Positions 31,101-39,900 of a stretch of 64,000 nt of DNA are shown here, piece by piece. The DNA lies in the UHGV virus genome UHGV-0060643. The stretch is one strand, 5' to 3'. Numbering within the stretch: position 1 is the stretch's first letter; each line of letters starts with the position of its first letter. The notes beneath the pieces are model-generated. The model was not told the origin of the DNA, did not search any database, and saw only the letters and a list, made by a program, of their open reading frames with translations. Both the position numbers and the translations under genes were made by a program. Source of the stretch: a virus.

Positions 31101-34100
31101 GTTCCACACTGCTTTACCAAGGAACCCGGTAGGTTTAAAAATACCCCACTTCGCAACTTTACCCAGTATGGAACCCACCGTACCTAAGATACTCACGATT
31201 GGTCCTACTAACGGTAGCCCTTTGAGGAAGTCCATCACCCCGCCTTTACGTCCTTTCTGTTCGGCGGATTTCTTGGCTTTCTCTTCTTCCTTAGAACGTC
31301 TACGACGACGGAAGAATTGGAAGTAGTCGCGTTTTTCATCATTGGCTGCCGGTTTGTTACGTTGTCCGAATTTACTGAACATCGTACGAATCAAGCCATC
31401 TGGCGCACCAGCACGTTCCGCAGAGTCACGCATGGTGTTAAACCAGGACATTTCCTGGAGGTTAACCATCCGGTTTAAACGTTCCAGTAATGCTGAACCA
31501 ACACTCTTCGCTTTCTGCTTACCTTTGTTGATAACGCGTCCTGCGCTATCCGTTGCGGTTTCGAAATCCTCCTTCGCTGCGTTAATCACGCGTGTTGGAG
31601 AAACCTTACCACGGGCGTATAAGTGTTGACGGTAAAACTCAGCAACGTCATCGTCACGACCTGCTAAACGAGACTCCGTCCGATAACGTGTGGCAATGTC
31701 GTAGCGTGGATCGCGGAAGCTATCTACCGTTTCGCCAAAGCGTCCACGGAAACGGTCAAACCACCCTTTACCCGCAGCACCCCAACGTGACAGTCTATCG
31801 CCAACACCATGACGGAAACGCGAGAACCGGTCACGTTGTCTGCCTCGCCAATCCCGGAAATTCTGGAAATAGTCTTTAAACCCATCGCGGAAATCCTTAA
31901 CACGGTTAAGCATCCCTTTGATAGATTTCGAGCCAACGTTTTTCTCCAGTTGCTCCGTCCAGGATTCATCTTCAGGCTCACCGTCTAAACGACGGTTAAG
32001 GAGTTTATAGATACGAATCAGGATATGGTTGGTCTTACGGCCATTCGACCAGGAGAACATGCTGAAACCGCCGCCAGAACCACCGTCCTTACGATTCTGC
32101 CACCACCGGGTAAGTGGGTTGTCAGTCGCTAACTCTTTGAATTTCTCAAAGCCGCGTTTTGCATTGTTCCACAAACGAGCAGGCATTCCGGTTACGCGAG
32201 AAATCATGCTTTGTAAACGCGTTTTCTCACTACCCTCGGGAATCTCGTTAAGCCACTCACGTGCTTTCTCGAAGATAGACGCTGCTCTTGGTGAGATTAG
32301 ACCAATCAGTTTCTTCGGTAAGTTAACAGCTTTGTTTACCGCTGTACCTGCTTTACCAGAGATATACTGGAACAGGGCCTGGAGCTTACCACCTTTATAG
32401 AAGCGCAGTTTACCCGCAGCCGCTAAGTCCGCCGCTGCGAGAATCAAGTTCCCGGCTTCGTCAACAATATCACGACCCAGCTTAATGTCGTCTAACGAGC
32501 GGAGTTGTACCAACTTGTTGGTTTTAGGGTCAGCCTGATAATACTCACCTGCCTCTAAACGGCTACCTTGTAAAACAACATTGCCTTTCTCGTCGTAGAT
32601 GTCTCGAACACCAAGAACGCCTTTCCCGAACGCTACTGCTGAATTCCAGCCTGTGGACAGCGTACCAGTAACTAAACCTTTCAGTCGTTCAAAAACACCT
32701 GGACCGTCAGAAGACCCACCGGAGAACTTCCCACGGATAAAACTGCCCAGTGACTGTAAACGCCCTTTTCCTCTCAGGAACATGTTCTTCGCAAAACGAC
32801 CAGCACCCGTACCGGTGTCCCAAAGTACGCCCGCCCAACGACGGAACAGCCCACTTTCACCAAGCACAATGCGCTTACGTTTGCGTTTGTTACCGGTACT
32901 ACCCGCGTCTTCAGATGCGTCACCCTCACCGTCACGACCACCACCTAAGCTGGCCAGCAGGATGCCTTCCTCATCCATGTTCTTAACATGTTTCAGAATT
33001 TCCTGCACGGTGTTGGATTCGGATTTGTTACGGATAGCATCAACGATTCTATCAAACTGTTGCTCTAAACCCGCATTAGTGTCAGGCCGTTCGCTTAACA
33101 GTTCAACAAAGTTGGTGGATTTTTCACCGTAGAGGACAGCAGCAAGTTGTCGTGCCGACAGCCCACGACCACCACGTCCACCTTTACCTTTAACGGTGTC
33201 AATAGTCGACTCGTCACCGGTTACGGAAGCGTCTACCCCTAAACGACGTAAGTAGTCACCTAGCGCAGAACCGTTTTTCAGTTTGCGCTGGATTTCTTGT
33301 TCACGCGTTAACGAACGACCGGAACGGGTTTTCCCCATGGCCAGGTCGTTGTATAGCGTATACGGATCGTTAATGTCTTTATCTACATCAAACCGATCGT
33401 TCTTCGCATCGTACTTAAAGATACCTGCGTCACGTAACGCATTCTCACCGTAGATAATTGAAGCTTCGTCTACCGTGTTTTGACGTGCACGTATCGTTGA
33501 CTGAATGGCTGAAATCTTACTAGCAATCTCATTGCTAAGTTCGTGATGACCGCCTGTCAGTTCTGAAGACCGTGCTTCTAAGACCGCCTGAATCGCTTCT
33601 ACCGCGTTTGCATTCATGTAACGATACATGTGCATCGGGTCTTTCAGCAGACTGCCTACGTCGAATGCCTTACCTTCAGACGCACGGGATTCGATATAGT
33701 CCGCCAGCGCCTGGCGAGTTTTCGAATCCAGGGTTTTGTCTTTGTCGATAAAGTCAACGGTTTCGTTAATGTACTGCTGTAAACGCTTCCGCTGTTCATC
33801 GTTCGCAACCGCTTTACGGACACGGTTACCGATGACTTTACGGTCAATCATCCCACGCGTGGTTAAATCGTACACCTGGTCGTGGTGTTCGCCGTACCCG
33901 CGACGAATAGATTTGTTAATCTCCGTCAGCAAAGTCGGGATGACTTCCGTGATGCTAAGATACGCTTTACGGTCGAACTTCGCGGCAGCGGATAACGCTT
34001 CTGCTGAACGTTCTTCTAAAGCTAATCCCTCACGACGCAGCGGTGTCACTAACCCCAACTCGTGCATTAAACGGAAGACGGTGGCCAGTGGGCCGTCTAT

Positions 34101-35309
34101 CTCACCAGCAATCGCCGAGTTAGAGATAGAAGATAAGTTACCGAACCCGTAGCGTGCCAACTGAAGCCGTTTCATGACTTCAGGGTTCTTTTCTAACTCA
34201 CTGCGTGTCCAGTTCTGTAAACGTTCTACTTGCGGTTGTAAGAATCGTTTTGCTAACCAACCACCGGCAAACCCTGCGACTTTACCTCGGCTATTCGTAC
34301 GACGACGTTCTGGCGACAGTGTAGAACTGTCATCCATGCCAAAGTCGTCTTCCTGACCCATTGACAGAACTTGTTCTAATATCCCGCGTCCGTCGCTGAA
34401 GATATTCGAAATCTTTTTCTTCGCGTTCTCACGAATCTGATCAATAAAGTTATCCGCGTAACGCAAGGGGTTCATCCATTCGGCAGCTTTACGTTTTACG
34501 TTAGCCCAACGAACTTCAGAGAATTCCTCTTTTGCGTAGTCCGGCAACGCGGTGTTTTTAACAATCGCTTCAAGTGCCGGGGTGTTACGGCTAAACTCAT
34601 CCTGTTTAAGTTTAGCAATATCTTGCAACGCGAATAACGTACGGTATTGCAGTTCTAACTGTTTACGCTGAACGTTAAGCATCACCCCACGACTTAAACT
34701 GGTCGTCAGGTTAACGTCTTTCGCAATACCGATAACCGTCTGGAACAGCGCATCAGACTTCATGTCCTTGATGGTGTCACGAAGACGGTCTTCTACCATT
34801 CCTTCCTGAACTTCACGTTGTTGTTCAGGTGTTTGTGGGGTACCTGCAAAAACAGTGTCTAACTCACGATCCATTAATGCTTGTTTAGGATCGTAATTCC
34901 CGTAATCGTACTGGTCGCTTTTCGCCCATTTATCGATCTTACGGGTTACGCTGTCAGGCAAATACCGTTTTAGGGTTGGGCCTAATTGACGAGCTTGTGC
35001 CTTCACCACGCGGGAGGTCTTTTCAATCTCGTCTTTCGTATGGGCCAGAATGTCTTGACCTGCGGCTTTGACGTTCTTATAACCTTCATAAGCGTCAGAC
35101 GCCGGTTTTGGCATTCCTTTTAAAATGACCTGATCACGTTTATTTTCGGGCCAGATAGTCGACAATGCCGACTTACGGGCAGCACGAAATGTGTCCATGA
35201 CCGGGTTACGCGATTGGTCTTGTTGACGAGGGGGCTCATCAAAATCGTCCCAGTCGTCCATGTTATCAAGATCGATTTCATCGAAATCGTCTTTACCTTT
35301 TTTAGCCAT
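28176..35309 (-). CDS. giant virion protein (2377 aa) with lytic transglycosylase (SLT) domain near C-terminus and cluster of TM helices; phiKZ gp181-like
   Basis: SLT signature AIAMAKAESDFKYGVKNPGASAAGLFQFIDKTWSGM encoded at ~28950-29420; hydrophobic cluster encoded ~30950-31250; phiKZ gp181 recalled as a similar-sized protein with C-terminal transglycosylase. Confidence 0.85.
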   Translation of the reverse strand: MAKKGKDDFDEIDLDNMDDWDDFDEPPRQQDQSRNPVMDTFRAARKSALSTIWPENKRDQVILKGMPKPASDAYEGYKNVKAAGQDILAHTKDEIEKTSRVVKAQARQLGPTLKRYLPDSVTRKIDKWAKSDQYDYGNYDPKQALMDRELDTVFAGTPQTPEQQREVQEGMVEDRLRDTIKDMKSDALFQTVIGIAKDVNLTTSLSRGVMLNVQRKQLELQYRTLFALQDIAKLKQDEFSRNTPALEAIVKNTALPDYAKEEFSEVRWANVKRKAAEWMNPLRYADNFIDQIRENAKKKISNIFSDGRGILEQVLSMGQEDDFGMDDSSTLSPERRRTNSRGKVAGFAGGWLAKRFLQPQVERLQNWTRSELEKNPEVMKRLQLARYGFGNLSSISNSAIAGEIDGPLATVFRLMHELGLVTPLRREGLALEERSAEALSAAAKFDRKAYLSITEVIPTLLTEINKSIRRGYGEHHDQVYDLTTRGMIDRKVIGNRVRKAVANDEQRKRLQQYINETVDFIDKDKTLDSKTRQALADYIESRASEGKAFDVGSLLKDPMHMYRYMNANAVEAIQAVLEARSSELTGGHHELSNEIASKISAIQSTIRARQNTVDEASIIYGENALRDAGIFKYDAKNDRFDVDKDINDPYTLYNDLAMGKTRSGRSLTREQEIQRKLKNGSALGDYLRRLGVDASVTGDESTIDTVKGKGGRGGRGLSARQLAAVLYGEKSTNFVELLSERPDTNAGLEQQFDRIVDAIRNKSESNTVQEILKHVKNMDEEGILLASLGGGRDGEGDASEDAGSTGNKRKRKRIVLGESGLFRRWAGVLWDTGTGAGRFAKNMFLRGKGRLQSLGSFIRGKFSGGSSDGPGVFERLKGLVTGTLSTGWNSAVAFGKGVLGVRDIYDEKGNVVLQGSRLEAGEYYQADPKTNKLVQLRSLDDIKLGRDIVDEAGNLILAAADLAAAGKLRFYKGGKLQALFQYISGKAGTAVNKAVNLPKKLIGLISPRAASIFEKAREWLNEIPEGSEKTRLQSMISRVTGMPARLWNNAKRGFEKFKELATDNPLTRWWQNRKDGGSGGGFSMFSWSNGRKTNHILIRIYKLLNRRLDGEPEDESWTEQLEKNVGSKSIKGMLNRVKDFRDGFKDYFQNFRDWRGRQRDRFSRFRHGVGDRLSRWGAAGKGWFDRFRGRFGETVDSFRDPRYDIATRYRTESRLAGRDDDVAEFYRQHLYARGKVSPTRVINAAKEDFETATDSAGRVINKGKQKAKSVGSALLERLNRMVNLQEMSWFNTMRDSAERAGAPDGLIRTMFSKFGQRNKPAANDEKRDYFQFFRRRRRSKEEEKAKKSAEQKGRKGGVMDFLKGLPLVGPIVSILGTVGSILGKVAKWGIFKPTGFLGKAVWNVGKFAVQRLAVPAVTAVASAASTVVAAVGWPAIVIGATAAGLGYWAYKCATRVKAQYLDYMRLAQYGFRDYDQWSSEDGMKARYLEDALKPYVSYTEGGEAQLRGLSSEDVKKLAEGFGVNLEERGEMLAFTAFMLQRFAPIYLRWISALKSMDNDIALADVGDPKKVSKADMITLYNKMKMGKDSVEFRSLTDPRKVNQGWFSKAWDFVTFTPAEFLSGEEVVEAQERVWRSINMRTDDKRKQRSGMRDAVEGHKVASVAETSQVLANADAERNEKVAKVEGWEDGTEQVQIQVDWHSLPKKSDLEDLESVRWKTYGAVTINQTTRNLFTLLEKNVLKDIDVKNCTYKGNWKEAIAVISPDLIGGPKEERCKNWFYNRFLPAYMTYVVGLKRYIPQADPTELKVSGGFMYELALMIRGAYNMKGGIRQSVWEIPFNPLGEEANTDAGSVATELANLKELSKEPDLAVRNTLRSTPAAGKRAKWQKADRATRMYQTDEDTKDRFKGVVDWGTASNDGYLPNGGSSYGTPGDLTQVVGEMGISNYAKFSTGQSGIKLGDVKEGDYKTLAEKYPISKLGDGKSPNVEGVKAMIADVANTLGVPPAVAIAMAKAESDFKYGVKNPGASAAGLFQFIDKTWSGMMKGYSRRYGIPQVNQYDPWANTILGVQFIRDNIMQAQKDLGGVEPPPAVAYLYHFLGPGGGKKFLNAWRQNPNMPADKAEGITPQILRGNKGVFYEMRGKQIVRIRTVGEVINELNRRMGAVATNEIAANPASTKDMVKGLTPAVASSPAVAAGAANDPSISGATDNLPASNAARRDDALAEKGAMSADNVKAATSGGPAVPSPGGSSAGGDASMIGETVAAGARNEGLPEEDVEKVKEGAMQRVAATSKPAPAVTSDAQNGPTLSNGDPISVQQLAVAKESAGYLKEIVTILKQRPQPVQNTVSSKPTAPAGSASRQMSVEQPARQLNVRRAG

Positions 35310-35338
35310 AACGTTTAATCCGTATCAGGAGATTTAGC

Positions 35339-36964
35339 GTGAATAAACTTAATTGGGTTGACTTTTATCTGCTCAATGTAAACAAGTCTCTTGTGTCGCG
35401 ATTACGACCCGTCACGACCACAGATACTTTTCAAGGGTTGACAAAAAACTTTCACCCTGAAGGGTTGTACTCCACGGAGATATTCGGTCTTACGGGAAGT
35501 GAAGCCCGAGACTCAACGTTTTCTTACATTGATATTAAATTAGATATCATTTCGCCGACGGTGTGTTTGGCGTTATTCCAACTAAAACAACTCTACGAAG
35601 AAATTTGTTCTGGAAAACGCTACGCAACCTGGAGCGAAAAAGAAAAAGATTTTGAACCGGCTTTGCCTGGCGACGCTGGCGCAGATACCGGTTTTAACTT
35701 TTTCCTTAGTCACTACAACGACTTAAAACCCGGACGTAACGAATCGTTACAACGTGACGAAACGGTGGATTTCTTCGAGAAGTTCCGTCCCGTGAGTCTT
35801 AGCCGCTATGTTCTCGTATTACCCGCGGGTTTACGTGATTTGGTGGTTAGACAAGACGGTAGGGAACAGGAAGAGGAAATCGGTGGGTTATATCGTCGTT
35901 TGATTTCTTTGGCCAGGGCGATTCCTGACCGTGCTACACGGGTTGAATTAACGAACCCTGTACGATGGAAACTCCAACAAACCTTTAACGAAATCTGGAT
36001 GTACTTCTTTAACATCCAGGACGGTAAAGGAGGTTTCCAACGTCGTAAAGTGACGTCGCGTAAACTGATGAACGGGACACGTAACGTGTTGTCCTCATTC
36101 TCCACAGGCTCTAAATGCATGGGACGTGAGGATGCGATTCGACCGACCGACACCAAAATTGGTTTGTATCAGGGTCTGAAAGCGTTGCTACCTGTTGCGC
36201 AATACCAGATACGTGAACGTTACCTCGGTAACATTCGTGCTGGCGATGGCAACCTTTATGGCGTGAACACCAAAACGCTTAAACGTGAGTTCTTGGAGGT
36301 TGGGGGTCGTGTTTACGACACCTTTACCACGGACGATGGCATCGAAACATTAATTAACCGGATGGAAGCTCGCGAGCTTCGTCATCAACCGTTAATGATT
36401 AACGATACCCATTATGTCGCACTGGTCTACCAAGACAACAAACATTTTAAGGTGTTCTACGATATCGACGAACTGCCTAAAACGTTTGACCGTAAAAACG
36501 TCCACGGAATGACCCTGGTAGAATTACTCTATTTATCGGGTTACGAACTGTGGAACAATTATTTCGGTTTCGTTACACGTTATCCCGTCACCGGTCGAGG
36601 CTCGACGTACTCATCGACCATAAGATTGGAGACCACCACGTCATCTTTATACCTAAAAGAACTGGAAGATGACTGGGAGACTGAAAAGCCACACGGAGCT
36701 ATCAGTTATCCTGACAGGTCGGTTCCAACCTTTGTCGAGTCGATGGCACCGCACCCGTCACGATTGGGTGGCTTAGGGGGTGACTACGATGGTGACACCG
36801 GTTCACTTAACGCGCCTATGTCGCAAGAAGCACTCGAGGAAAACCGTAACTGGATACACTCGAAGAACTACTGGTTCGATTCAGACGGGAATTTCAAAAT
36901 CAATCCTGTCAACAACGTGATTAAACGTGCGACGCAAGCGTTATTAAAGAATCCAAAAGGCTAA
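35339..36964 (+). CDS. multisubunit RNA polymerase beta-prime-like subunit, N-terminal half (virion RNAP candidate)
   Basis: GTG start with RBS caggaga; HPEGLYSTEIFGL and IISPTV resemble beta-prime N-terminal blocks; C-terminal DYDGDTGSLNAPMSQEALEE matches catalytic [23 protein letters not shown]; no Zn-finger cysteines. Confidence 0.6.
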   Translation: MNKLNWVDFYLLNVNKSLVSRLRPVTTTDTFQGLTKNFHPEGLYSTEIFGLTGSEARDSTFSYIDIKLDIISPTVCLALFQLKQLYEEICSGKRYATWSEKEKDFEPALPGDAGADTGFNFFLSHYNDLKPGRNESLQRDETVDFFEKFRPVSLSRYVLVLPAGLRDLVVRQDGREQEEEIGGLYRRLISLARAIPDRATRVELTNPVRWKLQQTFNEIWMYFFNIQDGKGGFQRRKVTSRKLMNGTRNVLSSFSTGSKCMGREDAIRPTDTKIGLYQGLKALLPVAQYQIRERYLGNIRAGDGNLYGVNTKTLKREFLEVGGRVYDTFTTDDGIETLINRMEARELRHQPLMINDTHYVALVYQDNKHFKVFYDIDELPKTFDRKNVHGMTLVELLYLSGYELWNNYFGFVTRYPVTGRGSTYSSTIRLETTTSSLYLKELEDDWETEKPHGAISYPDRSVPTFVESMAPHPSRLGGLGGDYDGDTGSLNAPMSQEALEENRNWIHSKNYWFDSDGNFKINPVNNVIKRATQALLKNPKG

Positions 36965-36967
36965 TCA

Positions 36968-39900
36968 ATGCTGCTCATTAAACAGTTTAACCAACGCTTC
37001 TCTGTGCGTAAAACAGACGAGTTTGGTAATCCGAGGATTATCCCGCTCGAGAAGCTCCAGATACCACGAGGCTCCATACTGCACGTCGTGGATCTCGATC
37101 AGGTGGTCTTAGCGCCACCTGCTACGCTGGAAATCATCCAGCCGTTGGAAAAACCTGCACAAATTCGCCACCACTTTAAACTTCCCGAAGAAGGGATCAG
37201 TGGGCATCCACGTAACAAACCTGTGCAGGGGCAAGAACGTGCTATCTTTGCGTATCATCGCGCTAACCGTCCAATTCGTCGTCTGACTTCAGATGACCTG
37301 ATTCGTAAAGACTTAAAAGTTCTCCTTATTGAGAACTATACACCGATGTTATCGCACTACTATTATCCAGACACTCAACTAGCCTGGTACGACAGACTGC
37401 GTAACATCCAGCTGTTAATGACTAACCAGTTCAAATACGACACGCAAGAATACATGCGTCAGAACTACTTCGTGATTGAGCTGGGGTCAACGTTACCGTC
37501 TTTCCAGAAGTTCCAAACGACGTATAACGATCGTGTTAAAAGCAAGATTGAAAAGTTCCAGGATTTTAACCTGCTGTGGTTATTGGAACTGTTCGCTTGG
37601 GCGTACGGTAAACAGTCCGATTCTCTGTTTGCGGGAATGGACTTAACGCAACTGTCTCGAATGAACTTCATCTTCACCCACAACGGCGGCTTTACGTCGA
37701 TGAACATGGGTGTCGTGGAGAAGATGCGTAAATCGTCCGGTGGCCGTTTAAGTGACGACCAGATGGCCAGGATGTTCTATCGTACGTTAGTGCGTGTAAT
37801 GACTCAAGCACCGTCTAATGCTTACGAAGCTGAATTCCTGACACCGGAAGGTGATGAACGTATCTTTGTTAAGGACATCGAAGAGGATACCGTTGACGTC
37901 GTTGACGATACAGACGTTGTTAACGACGCTGTGGTTGAATCGGATAACGCTTTCGATGAAAAAGAAGACCTCGTTATTGAGGAGCCGAAAGAAGACGTTA
38001 AGCCGACGACTATCGTTATCGAAAAAACGATTGCTCACGATGACATTATCAAACAGGAAGCGCAGAAACTGGCTGAGGCGGGCCGCTTAAGCTCCAAAGC
38101 GTATCAATTCCTGTCTGATTCGACCAAACGTTTCGTTCAGTTACCAAACCCGTACAACCCGAAAGAGACTTACGGTGAAGCATTAACCATTCACGAAAAA
38201 GACATTGCCGTGAAAGCGGAACCGAAGAAAGTCCAGCGACTGGTTACGGATGAAGGTTGGGCAGAAAACGTCACCGACCAAATGGTGAAACAATACAACC
38301 AGACCATGATGAGTAAAGACGTGCTGGCAGCAGTCGCCAGCTCGCAGCGTCTTGGTTTAGCTATTCACAACCACACGATCGAGAAAGAGGTTTCCGTTAC
38401 GGGAACTATCGAACACCACACCCTGCGTGTTCAACCGATTGGTGGTGAACCGACGACAGTGCGTTTCTCTATCCCTGGTTTAACCGAAGACGGTACCTGG
38501 GTAGCAAACGGTGTTGAATACACCATGCGTCGTCAGCGTGTAGACGTTCCGATTCGTAAGGTCGCCCCAGACACCGTAGCGTTAACTACCGCTTACGGTA
38601 AAAACTTCGTACGTCGTAGTGACAAAGTCGCAAACGACTACGGCCGTTGGTTAACGAACGCGATTATCACGCGTGCCGTAGACCCGACCAACACGGAGAT
38701 CACCGACGCACGTCTCGCGAACGTTTTCGATCCTACAGAGAAACTTCCTCGTCAGTACACGGAGATTGCACGCCGTATCGCCAGCTTCAATGCAGGCGGG
38801 TATATGTGGAACTTCGATTATAAAGAAGCGGTTAACTTCTTTAATGACGAACAGCTTACTGACGCAAACAACGTTGAGATGTTGCCGGTTGCGAAACGTC
38901 CGCGCAGTGAAGTTATTGTGGTGATGGATACCAAGTCCATGCTCTATACCGTTAAGGGTAAAGAGTGTACACCACTGGGTACCATCTCGGAAGTGCTTGG
39001 CTTCAGTAGCCAGAAAGCGCCAAGAGAAATGACCGAGCTTTCACTGATGGGCAAATCGCTCTCACTGGGCTTCATCTTCTCGTTCTATTTAGGTCTGCAA
39101 GGGATGCTTAAACATTTCGGTATTCAGTACGAAATCGTCCCTGTTGGCCAACGTGTAGATAAGAGCACGTACGATTCTATTATTCGTCTCCAGGACAGTA
39201 AGTTCCTGGTAACGTGTGATAACGATCAGCAACGAATGATTCTACACGGTCTGGATAAGTACCTGAAACACCTGGTAGCTTATACCGAGTCCGAAGTCGA
39301 CCGCGAAGACATTTACCTGAACTTAATACGTGATGCAGATGGGCTAACTCCACGCTACATCAACGAGCTGAAACAAATGCGGGCCGCGTTTGTTGATGAC
39401 ATGCACGCACGTATCCTCAGGAAAATGGGTGAACCGGAAACCTTTATCGGGCTATTGGAACGTTCTAACGAACTGTTACAAACCGACCACTCTTTACCGG
39501 AGATTAACGGTGATGAAATGATGTTCTTAGGGAACCAACGTATTTCCTACCACATCTACACTGCGATGGTCAGGGCGATGCGTAACTACAACAACGCACC
39601 GAACAGTAACCGTAAGTTCGAGCTTACTCAGGACATGATTTGGGGCGCAATTAACTCCGACCCGTCTGTTCTGTTAGCGCCGGGTGCTAACCCTATCCAG
39701 TCGATTAAAGAGAAAGACGTTATCACCATGGGTGGTACGGGTGGCCGTAACCGTAAAACAATGGTTTATCACACGCGTGAGTTCCAACCGAGTGACCTGG
39801 GTATTGTATCCGGTAACACGGTGGATAACGGTGACGTAGGTATTACTGCTTTCGCCACCAACAACCCGCGTTTTGATACCGTTGACGGCACAACCTATAA

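Noticed and set aside
28142-35309. Numerous plus-strand ORFs of 60-180 aa inside the giant minus-strand gene (for example 32599..33132, 33736..34152)
   Set aside because: They lie antisense within a long, well-supported coding region, lack RBS context and have low-complexity translations; treated as spurious.
36740-36830. DYDGDTGS read as a family-B DNA polymerase motif C (YGDTDS)
   Set aside because: The flanking sequence matches the RNAP beta-prime catalytic loop much better and no other PolB motifs are present.
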